A stretch of DNA of 64,000 nt from Adineta vaga (taxonomy: Eukaryota; Animalia; Rotifera), in assembly GCA_021613535.1 (NCBI GenBank), contig CP075496.1, forward strand, positions 10,788,001 to 10,852,000, written 5' to 3'. The translations under genes were made by a program, and so were the position numbers. Under the pieces are notes generated by a model. It did not search any database and was not told where the DNA came from. It saw only the letters and a program-made list of their open reading frames with translations. Positions 26,242 to 43,698 of the stretch are shown here, piece by piece. Numbering within the stretch: position 1 is the first letter of the stretch; the number at the start of each line of letters is the position of its first letter.

Positions 26242-26524
26242 TTATATCCAATAGAAAAGGGAATCATTTTCACATAAATATCAAATTTTAACAGATTGTT
26301 ACTTCTAGCTACTTTATTTTGTATAAATTCTTATCTAATCTTTCCTATCAAAATGTAAATATGAAAGTTAGTCTAACGAAAAATTTTTAAATAAATATTT
26401 TTGAACTGCAAAAAATACTTGCAAAAATAACAATAAGGAAAATTTTTAATGATTTATTTTTCAAGAAAAAACGAACGAATATCAATTAGAAAGAAATACT
26501 TTTCCTATAAATATCTGTTTTTAA

Positions 26525-29360
26525 TCACGAGATCTGATTGTTTCTACATGTTGCACATAGATCGGGTAATAAACTATTAATTTTTATCGCATGTTTACGT
26601 TGATTCAATGAACAATTGAATACTCTTTGAAAGGATTCACTTCCTTTTAATACTCGATTAATATGTAATTCAATAGGATTTTGTTGTTTATTCATCATTC
26701 CAATCATTTCACGATTAATATGTATACATTCAGATTGACCATATGTAATAAAAAATGTTTTCATATTATTCAAGGATATGTTTGTTGGATCGAATTGTTG
26801 TTGTTCTTGATAATTTAGAATTAAATTCAAAGCAATCAAATCAGCAATATGTTCACGATCAGTTAAACTTTCTCCACATGGACATAGTGCATGACCAAGT
26901 TCATGAGCAATGAGTAAAAGTGCAGCTAAACGTGTTGATTCATTTGAATATAATTCAGCGACAGTTGGTTGAAGAAAAATACCTCGTTTAGTCGTGTGAT
27001 GACCATTTATTTCGAAAAATTCATGTGTTGGTTGAAGTAATTCTTCTCGAGAACTTTCAATAATATTCCATGCTGTTGATAAATAGTTATCTTCAATAAA
27101 ATAATATTCATAGGGAAGAATTGATACTGTTGAAGATAATTCTTCGAATAATTTTAATCGTTCTGGTTTAATATGAAATTGAAGAGATGATAAAAATTCA
27201 TTGTTTGAATGAGTTAAACGAAGAAGATCACGGAGTTCATATGCAATAGTATAAAGTTCTTCTGTTTTATTAAACATATAATCTTCATAAAATGATGATA
27301 GAGTAAATGGATAATAATATTCAAGTAAAGTAAGACAGTCACTTGGAATATCTTTTAATAAAATGAAGAAAATAAAAAAGAAATAAACTAATAATATATG
27401 AAAGATTTTACTTATTTGTTTTGAACCATTGTCTTGTAGAATTTGTTTCCAAAGACTTTTTAAACTGATCTGTATACCTTCATGAAATACACTAACAAAT
27501 GGTAATAGTTTTGGTCCATATTTATAAACCATTAAATTGCAATAATGTGCAAATTGATCGGCGAATAAAAATCGAAAGATTGAATCCAATTGAAAGAAAT
27601 CTATTAAACGTATTTCAACTGATATAATTGGTGATGAAAAATCTTTAATTTGATTTTTATTATAATCAAGAAAGATTTTCCAATGTGGAATTAATTCTAA
27701 TTGATTTTGTCGAATTATAGTTGAATATAAACATATATAAGATGCGTCACCTGGCCATGCATGAAGAATTAAATATAAGATTGACGATAAAATATAATCT
27801 AACCATGTTTCATATGCCGTTTCGTTGAATGATCGTAAATGAATATAATAATTAAGAAATAATTGACATTGAAAAGAAATTGTACTACGAAATATCGGTA
27901 CATTGATTAAGTATTGTTCTAAATCAGAAGTAAAATTAGTTAATAGATTATAAAGATCTGTATGATTGACTTGTTGAATGATTTGTTTATCTAATATGAA
28001 TTGAATTAGATCACGTAAATCATTGGAACGTTTTACCGATGAATAAATAAGTGGTAAAGAATATGACTTTGAAATTAATTGATGTAAATCATCGCTAATA
28101 GTTGCATTTGTATATGATAATGAAAATGTCAATAATTGTTTATATTCTTTTAAAGTATTCGCTAACGGTCCAACACGAGATGATTGATAACATAGATTAA
28201 TTCGATTCTTTTGAACGTAATGTTCAAATAAACTAGCTTGTTCAATTTGATGAAGAGAAAATAATGTTTGTTGATCTTGAATTTGTCGCTGAATATGAAT
28301 AATTATTTGTGTATTGAGATTTATTGTGTTCATATTCCATATATGTAATAAGGGATGTTCAATCATTTGTTCGAATAGAAAGTATAAATGATTGGTTGTT
28401 GAGATGATTTCATAATTATTTGTAAACCAAAAACGATCATGTGCTAATTGATTTAATTGTTGAAGAAGAACAGTTTCCGAAGTATGAATACATTGATTGT
28501 AGTAAAGAAACATGTTTGAAATCGATTGATTTAAATCATGTTCAGTAGATGATAATTCACGTTTGACTAGTTTGTGCTGTTCATTGTCGTATTCATCGTG
28601 AAAGGAATAGAATTGTTCTAATCTAAATTATCAAGAATATAGTATATTTTATTATGAAATATTTCAATTCGCAGATAAGAAATTATAACTGACTAACTTA
28701 CTCGTTTTTAATCGATGTTAATCCATCAAAATCGACAATTTCTGTTTCTTTTGTAACTTCTGTCGTTTGATTCTTCTTTATTTCTATTTGATAATTATAT
28801 GCATGATTTATACTGAAATTAGCTAATGTTCGAGCGAATTTCTCTCGAATATCTTGAGATCTTTCTGTTAACCAACTTCGTTTAAATTCAAGCGGTGATA
28901 ATGGATGTTGTATTAACCATTTTCGACATACAAAACTGTAAAAATCTCGACATACAGTTGTATTAAAATCTAATTGACCAATTAAAACTGAATCGAGATG
29001 TTGAAATAAACGATGATTATAATTCGTTACATTATGTTCCCACAATATCGTTCGAAATCGATGTGATGGTAAGGAATGTGTTGGTACGGTAATAATTTGA
29101 GTAACAAGTAAAAGACTGAGAATAAATCCAATAGTTAAAGCAATGAAAAGAGCCAGAAAAAGAATTGTAACTTTAAAACGTACACCTGGCTTTTCTGCAA
29201 TTAATGGAAGTGTTAATGATGTTGTTGAAGATGAAGTTGTTAATAAACTAGTTGATGTAGTTAGTTGCATTGGAATGGCAATTGTATCATTGAAATGAAC
29301 TATTTTGCGTGTTGGACTTTTACTAATAATTATATCCGGAGCATCGTAACGTTCGTCCAT
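26525..29360 (-). CDS. Divergent neprilysin-like (M13) type II membrane metallopeptidase
   Basis: N-terminal TM helix, CRDFYSFVCRKW, IAHELGH (HExxH), EHIAD (ENIAD-like), FFITYGQSEC and FQRVFNC. A probable in-frame intron lies near 27355-27411. Confidence 0.75.
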
Positions 29361-29728
29361 TTTATCTGAAAAGAAGAAGAAGAATGACATAAGTGTTGTA
29401 AGAATGCATTCCTCATGAATTACTATATAGAAGTATGAAATGAATAAAGTGATAATAGATTAACTAATTTGCAATTCACATGAAAAAGAATAAAAAGCTT
29501 TTGTCATGAAGGTTATATTTAACAAAATATAAACTATACTAAGTTACGTAGATTTTAATATCAAAATCAAATTTTTCCGAATAAAAAATTTGAAATATAA
29601 CATTAAACTGCATCTTACATTGTCTATATAAACTTGTAAGAGTATTATAATCATGCCTTCCGAACGACCTTCAAATGCCAAGATGACACTACGAATATAC
29701 ATAAGACCTTGGATGTTTCTATATGATA

Positions 29729-29747
29729 GTGTGTGTGTGTGTGTGTG
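29729..29747. repeat. (GT)n microsatellite
   Basis: Perfect GT run. Confidence 0.9.
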
Positions 29748-31655
29748 TTCACACGTCTATGTATATGATCGTTCCCAAATGAGTTAATTTTCCGATTTTA
29801 TTCTTCTCGTTCTAGTTTATTTTTTTTCCCCATAATCGTTCTATCTATCCGTTACAATTGAATTATATTCATTTCCACATGCATACATATACTCAGTTTT
29901 CTATTTGACTACACATTACATTCTAATCACTATTACTAACGTATCGTACAGTTTTCTCAACATACATGAAGGTCTTCTAATGATAAAAGAAATAATTTTA
30001 TGTACTTTTCTCTTGAGACTAAATAAATTCTCTTGTTTCTCTTTCTTACCCAAATAGATTATATTGATATGAAAAATATTTGGTGTGATTTAATCATATT
30101 TTGTTTCTTACCGAATGCTTTCAATGATCAAACTGTTCTGTAATGAAGGATACCGTAAAACAAAATTCATGTGGATAAAATTCTAATCTAAAACAATACA
30201 AACCATCTGAATTTATTTTCACTTGTTACCATATGTAAATTGATCTTTGTTCTCTTCTATCGGTCATTGCCGATCGTAATTGTCTTTACGAGTTAACCTC
30301 AACGAATGTTGCGACACAACATCGTCATGCATTTTTCTATCTTTCATAGAATAACAAAAAAGAAATATCATTAGTTTTCGTCAATATTCTATTCCTCAGG
30401 GTCGCATAACTCTCACACTTTGCTTTTCTTTTTTCATTCAGTCAATTGTTCGGGGACATTCATTAAAAAAAAGAAACACAAATGATTAATAAATTATCTC
30501 GAGAAGAGAAAGAAAAAGAAAAAACAACGACAAAAATCCATTTAGTATACACAACTAAATTCAATATTATATAAGATCATTATTGAATATCTTCAGTTAT
30601 TACATTGTATGTGTCATTCATAATTGCTTAGATATCAAACGATGAAATTCTATAAAAATGTCAAACGTGTAATGAAAGAAGACAGATCAATAAAGAAAGA
30701 GATTAAAGTCTCAACTGATTCAATTGTAAAAGAATCGTTTATTATCACTTTTATGTATGTATATATATATTAATTGATTATGAAAAACAAACAATCATTA
30801 TCATCTATGGAAAATCGTTCCTAATATTTCGATTTTATATGAAGTATTGAAAAAAATCAAAACATAGATTATTTTTACGGATTAATTCTTCAATGAGATA
30901 TTGGTGATTTAATATTTGAAACTGTTTTCGAGAACGAGAAATGAATATTGGATTGAATTTTTGTTGTGCATAAATAACATTATTATTGACCTGTTTCTCT
31001 TTCAGCTCTGAATCAGATATTTGCGATTGTCGTTTATTCATAGAGAATGATACTAATGAACGATTCTTTTTCTTTGTATTTTTTCATTGAATGAACCATC
31101 GCATAATTTGTATCTCGATCAAAAAATAAAAGAATGACATTTTTATGTACTTTTTTTCTGTTAATATTGTTTTATTTTTACCTTCAGATAATTACCGGTA
31201 TTCTTTTCGATTGAATACCTTTGACAAAGTCTTACGGCAATAATATTTCAGCAAGTTAATACAATTTTAGAATGTTAACAAAATGAAAAAGTGACCTTAT
31301 TATCGTTAGATATTATTTCCTAGATCATTTATTATTAGTATTATAAGCAAAAATATTTAAGTGCATTTGTTAATTAAAATTATAGTTCAGAAATAGAAAC
31401 ATTCAGGTTTGCGTTGATATGACGTCAAACGCTTTACATCAGGTTCATTGTTTTTAGTATAAATTATCTATAGCAAGAGTGGTGATCTGATTATTAGACA
31501 AGAGATTCAACAATCGATTGAACTTTTATATTTGAGTATGTTTGATATTTCTCCGAAAACAGAAATTATATACAATAGCAACACTTCCTTGAAGTGTGAG
31601 CGTTTAAATTTATTTAGACATTTGAAAAGGAAAATCATCGATAACATGAAATGTT

Positions 31656-32108
31656 TTATGGTATTTGTGGTAGAATAATATCAAAACCTTGTTCTGTTGA
31701 TGTAAATATGTAATCACTGATTTTATTTAACATAATATCTTCCATTTGCTTGTTTACATCATGATTCATTCGAAGAGTTTTCTTACCCAATGGACTAGAA
31801 TAAAAATCAATAAGTTTCATAACATCTTCCAATGTATAATAATTCATATAGATTTCAGTAAGATCAGACATATATGCATCATGAGAAAAGTACTCGTTAT
31901 AAAGAGCTTTCAATTTGGAATCTTCAGGTGAATAGACTTTCATATATGTTAAAAAAAGCATATATTCATTTTCCACTCCCATAACATTTAACAAATATTT
32001 GACGTAATCCTTGAATACAGCTGTTGATGGAGTTGTTGCTTTTGCTTGAATAAGATCATTCGTACAGAATAAAGCAGTAATAAATAGTATTAAACGAATG
32101 AGATGCAT
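31656..32108 (-). CDS. Intronless secreted DUF2059-like protein, 150 aa
   Basis: Signal peptide plus LTEIYMNYYTLEDVMKLIDFYSSPLGKK, matching the DUF2059 pattern Y...FT..EL..L..FY.SP.G.K. Confidence 0.7.
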   Translation of the reverse strand: MHLIRLILFITALFCTNDLIQAKATTPSTAVFKDYVKYLLNVMGVENEYMLFLTYMKVYSPEDSKLKALYNEYFSHDAYMSDLTEIYMNYYTLEDVMKLIDFYSSPLGKKTLRMNHDVNKQMEDIMLNKISDYIFTSTEQGFDIILPQIP

Positions 32109-34239
32109 AACGAAAACTAAAATATAAAAAAAGAGAGATGAAGATCGTTGTTATTGATCCAATGAATATCCACTGACATGAAATCCTCTTTCCTGAAATT
32201 TGTATGAGAGAATAGTTAAACTAAATATATTTTACTTTATTCGATGTAGTCTTCACTAGAGAAGTGATAAATCATGTTGAAAGAATGATGCTTTATACTC
32301 TTCTCTCATATCTCTTTCTCTTTTTTTTTCTTCGTTTTGAAAAACTATCGTACGTTACATAGTATTATTCATAAGTTTCTCTACTATAAAATTCTCTCGT
32401 TTTTTTTGTGCAAAGAGTGGTGGCATAGATTTCTATAATTTACTTGATACCAAAGGAAGTGCAACTCCTACACTAATTCAAAGAAGATTTTCTTCATCGT
32501 AAAATATATTCTTTTTTTGTAACTTGTAAAGTCAAGAAAAATGTCGGATTACAGAAACTTAGAGATCAGTTATACATAAATAAATAAGCTTTTATTGAAT
32601 TGAAATCTTTTGAACTCACTAACAGAATGTTTTTCTTTGATTTTTCAACGTCAGATAAAAAAAATTGTAATTAAAGAATCAGGAAATGAAACAGAACATG
32701 TAAACAGTATTTTAACGTCATTTTTGTCCTACTAATTATATGTCTAGTAAAGATTTTTCACTAGCGCAGATATCGAATGTGTCAGAATTAAGAAATTCAA
32801 GTAGTAATTTTTACAACAACAACTAGGAAAATATAAATGAAGGAAGCGGAGGTGTATCCCCAGAACATATCTGAAAATGATTACTTTGATAAAAATTCAA
32901 TCAAAATCCAGATCTTTTATCTCTAAACAAAAACAGAACTTCAGTATTTTCCCATCATTTACAGAAGTATTATTTTGCCCACAATGGAAATTATGTGTTC
33001 TAGCTCAATCTGTCTATTATTTTCCGTTACAGAAGAAAAATCAATTATTTTTTTCATTAACAAATTATAATATTAAATTTGATGAACAATTTGTATCTGT
33101 CAAATAAATATTCATGGTCTATTATACAGATATATTCGTAAAAATATTGAAGAACACCCTATACAAAGTACACTTTATTTGATGCCTTTAAGTTCAATCT
33201 TGAAGTAAATATATGGAGCATTTTTAAACAAATATTCATAATTGATTTTCAAGAAGACAGCTAGGTGATCTTTGTTGAACGTTTTTCAAATAATATATGT
33301 AGAAGTTTGATGTAAGAGAAAGAAAGAAAGAAATAAAATAACAAACTGCTTTATTATTCATCAAGTCGTCTAATAGATAGGTTAAAGAGACGTATTTTAC
33401 AACTTGAAAAGAATAATTGAATCGGTTGTGAAGATTTTTTTATTACTTTCATTACGGAAATTCATTTTCATCGAATTTAAAATCGACATTTTGTTTAGAT
33501 AGATGAATGAGTGGGCTCGTGCAAATAGATCATATTCTACATGATAAATCTAACCAGATCATTAAATAATAATTGAAATCTTATAAATATACATCAAATA
33601 TTCTATCTCATAAATATCTTCTCCGTGAATTGTACTATTTGAATATTCTATAGGCTAATATGATCCCTAGACAGGTTGATACTTGAATGACAGTTATATC
33701 CATTTGCTTTGCACTTAATCTTGTAGTTTTTACAAGTTTGTTGATGAAATATGAATGTCGTTTTAGGTCGCAATTTTCGTTTGTATTGATTTCTCTCACA
33801 AAATCTCACGAGAAAATTATTACTTGATATATTTGTCAAGTAAGTTCTCCTTTGGTTATATGTAACCTTCTATATTGAAGAACTTCGTTTTTACATAAAA
33901 TAAACGTTACATCTAATATCAGATACATCATTTCTTTTGTGGTGTTATACAGAATATATAACCTTAAGATGTTTTATGACTTCCGTTGATATTCGGATTT
34001 GGTTGATGAAATTGTATACCTGGTATTTTTTAATAATAAATTATTTGTGATCATCAAGTCTCATTTCGTTAACATTATATTTATGAGAAATTTTAATTAA
34101 AAACTTAATTTATAATCATAATATCACTTGAAGACATAAAATCTTGGTCTTATAATGTTCTAGATATACGAATAAACTATTGTATTTACATAAAATTTTT
34201 CATATCTTCCTTGAAAATCAATGATTTATTATTCAACGT

Positions 34240-34751
34240 GTCCGATAGATTTTTGAAGTAGCTATATCAACAAATTCATGTATTTACACATTTTGTATAC
34301 AAATTCCAGAAGAAAAGTTTCTGGATAATATTCTCCCGTTTTTTCAAGTAATATATCGCAACATGAAAATGGTAATAAGAAGAAAATTTAATGATAAAGA
34401 TTATCTGAGTACACCGGTTCCATCCTCCAGCAAACCATGTTTAAATGAAAATATCACATCAGCATTTGAAATCGATAATGATAAGATAATCATTTTTTAA
34501 TGTTTCTTCCACGTAATTGCTTGATCGAAAACTAATTTTTTTCGTATAAGAAGTGTACTAAATCATCGAATAAAATTGATTTACATGCAAGTTCAATTGC
34601 GTCAATATTCTCTACTGTTCTTCAAGCTAAAAAATCAATATAAACAACTCTTAATCTTCTTTAAACAAAGATGAAAGCTGATATACTTCATTTAGATAAT
34701 TTTGATCGTGTTTTTCAAATCATGCGAGAATTTGTATACACTGGATCATGA
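34240..34751 (+). pseudogene. Possible degenerate glutaminyl-cyclase / M28-like C-terminal fragment
   Basis: Fragments in different frames (NHFLMFLPR, KIDLHASSIASIFSTVLQA, ADILHLDNFDRVFQIMREFVYTGS*) loosely follow QPCT DDHIPFLRRG / PVLHLIPSPFPEVWHT / NLD...LNKILQVFVLEY. Confidence 0.25.
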
Positions 34752-35527
34752 GATCTATGTATATTTTTCTCAAACTGGTTGCTTGGTCATTGTTTAGAAA
34801 GTTTTAGAGAGAGCATGGTATGTCTTTACTTTTGCCTTTCACTAAGTTTTTCTTCGGAAAGAAGGCAAACGAAATAGATGAAAATGTTAACTCTTGTAAT
34901 ACCGCTCTGTTTTTGAACGTTGTATAATTTCGAATAAACTACGCGAATAAATTGCTATATGACACTCGTCTCACTCAAACATCATCTCTATAATCTGAAA
35001 GTTGTTATTTATATCATTTTCTCCAAGCTTTGACCCACAATTTCTACGTAATATTCTCCTCCATCATGGTTTACATACATTCTATAACCACTTATAGTAC
35101 AAAACATACACCCAATCTTGCTCTACACATATTCGCAAATACGGCGAAATAATAAAAACTTCCGTAGTATTTGTTGAATTTGCTATTAGGAAGGGAGCGA
35201 AAACAATCCCGAATGGTGCTACGAGGACTGAAATGCTCGATGTTGTGCATGCTTGTTTATTATTGTCTAGATATTTTAACAAATGCCGATAAAAAGCACT
35301 GTGAAAACATATTAATTCGTTCGTTTTTCTCATTTCTATAAACGTCGATCTATTATGTATCTTTTTCGTTATCATTTTTTAGAGATACTAAAAATATTCG
35401 ATGACTGCCAAAGTTGTTCAAGCGAAAGTATTTATTGTTTTTTATGTGAATATTTTATTCTAAATTATATAAAAGAAACTACTGAGAACTAGAACGAATG
35501 TAAAAAAATACGAGAAAGAAAAACGAT

Positions 35528-37506
<1,979 letters not shown>

Positions 37507-39599
37507 CTGAAAATAAATTGGAAGATTAAAAGTATCCGTATGTTTAAGAAACAGAATTGTCTGATAGATATACGCAATACATAGAAATGTGTAAGTCAGT
37601 GATATGTATAATAAGTGACTGATTACCTAGAATTTTATCCGTCCGTCTAGGTACTGAGATGTTGTCTTTTTTCTTTTGTGTCTTTGTTCATTTTAAGTAT
37701 ATCTTTCGTTGATTGGAAAGTTCAATCAATCTATTTAAATATAATAGAATTATAATGTTCGATATGTTCGGTTTTGAATGGAGTCCCAATATTACATAAT
37801 AGATGGCGTTAGTTTTGAGATGAATGTAGAGCTCGAAACACTTAACAAATTTGATCTCAATTTTGAAATTGTGCGCATCTCTGTAACAACGATGATGTCT
37901 AAACTAATGCGAATTTATTCTATCTTCTTCATATGTATTTTTTGTTTAAGAAAATGCACGGATTGTACCATCATGATTCTAACTTTAAAGAATATCATTC
38001 TCTTATTATCACATTCAGAAATGGAACTAGACTATCTGATTTTACTTTCACCATTAGAATAATAAAAAAACTATCCTCTGATCAAAACTTGAGTTCAGAA
38101 CTAAACATTCGATGTCTTTTTTATGTCAACTAATAATCTTCATAGACATAAGATAATAAATAACACGCATATATTCATGAATAAGATTCACAAGAATGTC
38201 ATATAAAAATAGAAGGTCAAGTATGATTTCGATAGATATTTATTTCATAATATACAATAGAGTAGAAAGCTTTTTGTTTTGTTGAACATCTTCAAAATAT
38301 CTGCCGTTTGTCAATTAACAAATAATTGAACAATCGAGGTTGACCTTAATTCATAATTTATTATCTTTCACTGTTCTTTCTCGTCTTGGGAACATGCTCT
38401 ATGGTGAATTGCAAAACATCATCAATATTCCAGTAGCGTATATAGATCAGCGACGTCATAGGCAATCTTCTAATAGTTTTCCTTTCTTCTTATTTTTGAA
38501 ACTTCTATTCATATTTTTCATCGTATTTGCATATAAATGTTGCCTCGAGATTCATCATCATTATTATCTTTTGTATTGTACAAAGAAGCAAATTAGGATT
38601 AGAATATATCATGTAAATCTATTAAATTTCATTTCCATACAAAATTCGATTAATTTGTTCCTTTTTCTTCTGAATAAATTCAAACTATGTTCAGAAATAG
38701 AAATATAATCGTAGGTGATTTCATGAATTATGAACCAATGACATATCTGTTTTTACAATCATGAAAATAATGACGATCAAGATCGGAATAATTCTTAGCT
38801 GACATGGCTGTTTTGTCTGTCAAAGGCATAGAACTTTGAAAGAATGAGAAAAAAGAACTGAAAAGAAAGGACCACAGATAAGGAAAACTGCATATATGTC
38901 AGATAAGGCGGACGGAACAATTGTCATTTTTTTTGTTGATCTCCTCCTCTATTTCTTTCTTTTCTTTTCTCCGTTTTTTCTCGCTCGTTCGCACTATATT
39001 TGCCAGTTTCTTCTTCCTTAAGCAATAGAAGTTATGCCATTGAGAAGAGTCGACACTCCATTATACACATATGCATTTTGTCTTGCATGTTTATCTGTAA
39101 ATTATTAAAAAATTTCAGTTAATTAATAGAAGCACAAGAAAAAACAGCAAAAGTATGAAGGAATATGTGAGTGATATCTATTGTTGTTCATATTAGTGAT
39201 GCTATTCGCATGAAATCTTGCACATCAGTTAGTAATTAGAAAATATCCATCTGTATAGGCATATGTTATCCAGATCTTTTTGCGTTTTTTTGTGATGTGT
39301 AATCGACTATGAACTATGGAAGATGATGTTAATGGAATGCGTAGGAGATAATAATAGAAAACGAAGAAGAATTAATGCAATGAAATGTTTTGATTATCAT
39401 TCTTATTCACTAACGAGTTATTGTTTAGTATTTAAAGACATAACGAAGTTTCTTTCTTTCTTATTGACGCATTATTTATTTAGTTATCAACCATGCTAGG
39501 TGAACAAGCATTTGTATTTCTGTCAATTTTGAATTAGAGTTCGAAAAAAAAGGTAAGAAGTCATAAATCAATTCTTGTCATATTTCTATTCTTAAATAG

Positions 39600-40947
<1,348 letters not shown>

Positions 40948-41544
40948 ATAAACAAAATCTTTCTTTCGAATTGTTATCGATTAAAGATTGATTTCTTGTA
41001 CAAAATTTTCTTCATTGTTGTTATCGATGTTGTTCTGTTCCTTGAGAAAATAGACAGATAATTTGATTGTTATAAACGTTCAAAACAAGAAAAAAAACAC
41101 AATCTTTCGGCGAGATAATCATTTTTAGTACATATTGACATTTCTTCAATCTCTGACATAGAACAGACCAATAAATCATTGCAACACATATTTAATGACA
41201 AAAAAAAATAATACCGGAATGATTGATATGAAATTTGTCCTTGAAAGAAATTTTTGTCTAAATATAGATTACTCTAATAAATTATCACAAATGCATATCG
41301 AAGATTGGCATATACTTTATTAAGTTATTTATCAAAAAAATATGTTATTTGAATTTTCTCTTCTTCATAAATTAACTATGATTAAACATCACGTGAGTCT
41401 TCATTTAATTATTTTAAAGATCTTGTTGAATAAGAATTATTATCACGAAAGGAGTTGATTCACGGATCTTACTAAAACTGTTCACTTTATTTTTTCAACT
41501 AGAACAAACAAAAAAAAACTCTAAAACATAACGTAACTGTTTAG

Positions 41545-42742
41545 TCAATTCATCGGTTTGGTTATCACTTGTTCGCGACGTTTATAAACTGCATAAAATA
41601 ATCGTTGTGGATTGGTTGTTTTATTTAAATCATAATCAAATGTTGCTAGATGATCAAATCCAACAATTTCTAATTGATTTTGCCATTCTTGTTGTGTTTT
41701 ATATTGAATTGATTTTGTATATTTGATAATTTTGTTTTTCTGTTCTATCCAGGTTAATTTTTCATTTTTATCAATCAAATATTCAGTACTAAATTCTCCG
41801 ATATGTGCTATAATCATAATTCCATGAATAAAATGAAGATATTTTGTTAATAATGAACGTTCTAATTTACAATCATGTTCACGTATAATTAAATAACCAT
41901 TTGGTTGAATAATACGAGCTAATTCTTCGAGAATTTTCTCGATATTTGGTACATGATGAAGTGTTACAAGACACGTGATTAAATTCACACTTTGATCAGC
42001 TAAATAGAGAGAAAATCTGATTTTAATTTTCGTGAAATAATCGACTAGAATTTATCTTACGAAGATCAATAAGTGATTGATTTTGATCAATAGAAACAAA
42101 GGTTATTTCAGGATTATGACTATTGAAAACATCACCACCGAAGATATTTTCAGGAGATAAATTAAAATAATTACCAATACGTGCTGTTATTAAACCATTT
42201 CCACAACCTAAATCGAAATAATTTGTAATCAAATCTTTTTTAATCAATTTTTCGGCATTCATTTTTGATGAAATTTTAAATCTTGAATTGAAATTTTTAT
42301 CAAAAATTGATCGAATTTCATTCAAACGACTTTCAATTCGAGATGTTTCTTGACGTTTATGTAATGATGTTTTTGCACCTAGAGTCAAACCAATATAAAT
42401 ATCAATAACAACAAAAAAAAGCCAAGACATGTTACCAGGTATTTTTGATATTCGTTCAATCAAGATATTCAATAAATCAAGTTCATCATTGGAATTATAT
42501 AAACTTTCATTCCATAATCGATCGAAATAATGATAAATATTTGCTTGTTGACCAAAGATTTTACCAATATAACCAAGTAAAGCATCAGAATATGCTTGAT
42601 TTGACCATAAAGATAATCGACGATCCCACGTACCCATCCATCTTGTAAAAACATAATCATGTGTAGTTTTCACAGGTATGAATTCTTTTTCTTTGCGAGG
42701 AGATTTATTTCTTAATGAGGATGATGATTGGTGTTTTAACAT
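41545..42742 (-). CDS. Class I SAM-dependent methyltransferase, 3 exons
   Basis: YFDLGCGNG (motif I), IFGGDV, NLITCLVTLHHVPN and PNGYLIIREHDC. Introns lie at about 42380-42436 and 42000-42060. Confidence 0.85.
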
Positions 42743-43698
42743 GATCGGCAGTAAATAGTCTTAGCCGATAAAGAAATTTGTTGCTCATTTGTTTAGATTT
42801 TACGAAAGAGAAAATAGAAAAGAAAGAAAATACGATTTAATCGAGGGTCAGTTTAGACAGTTGAAGAATGAAGAAAAGAATACATAGAAGAATTTGTTCT
42901 AGTAAAGCTTGTCTATTCATATAGACGAAATTTGTTGGAAGGAAAAGAACACGACGAGAAATTATCATTGAACATTGAATTGAAACTTCTTTTTCTAGTA
43001 TTCAATATGTTTAACGAATAGTATTACAGTTAACATTCGCTTGAAATTTCAATGATCTGTTTGTGATTAATAATCGTGAATCAAATTAGAATACATATCT
43101 AATAATTATATTCAGAAATCTCTATGATGATAGGAGATTTCATATTGGAATCATCATATTCTTTTTATGTTTCTCAATCGTACTAATCAAAACACATTTA
43201 ATGACATCCATTCGAAAGTAAGTGATATATTTCGTAAAATAATTGTGTTTACTTGATTTTTTCCTTATTTTATTTCTCAGAAATATTTCGTTATTACAAC
43301 CAGATCTTACAGATCGTTTTTGATTAGAATCCATAAGAAATGTAACTTTCATGAAACACATTGATACTTTCTATTTTGTATTTGTCAGTACAAATTTAAA
43401 AAAAACAAAAACTTCTATATTTTTGAATCTACTAATGTGCCAGAGAAAAATAGTTTCGAATTGGAAATCATGATAATAAGAAAAAAATAAGAAATGAAAC
43501 ACACATTCGATTAAAATATTGTACCGATTGAAAATATATTTGATAGTATTGCCAAAAAGAAATATGTTAGCAAAAAAAAGTCAATAATTCTAAGATCGTA
43601 CGAAAAAGAAAAAGGAAAAGAAAAGTAAAGATTTGTATTTGGTTTCATAATAAAATAATCAAGAAACAAAAAATACAAAATAAAAAGTTTGATTTAAT

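Noticed and set aside
37778-38708. ORFs of 94, 66 and 122 aa between UAP1 and ERK
   Set aside because: Composition typical of AT-rich non-coding DNA, with no domains recognised.
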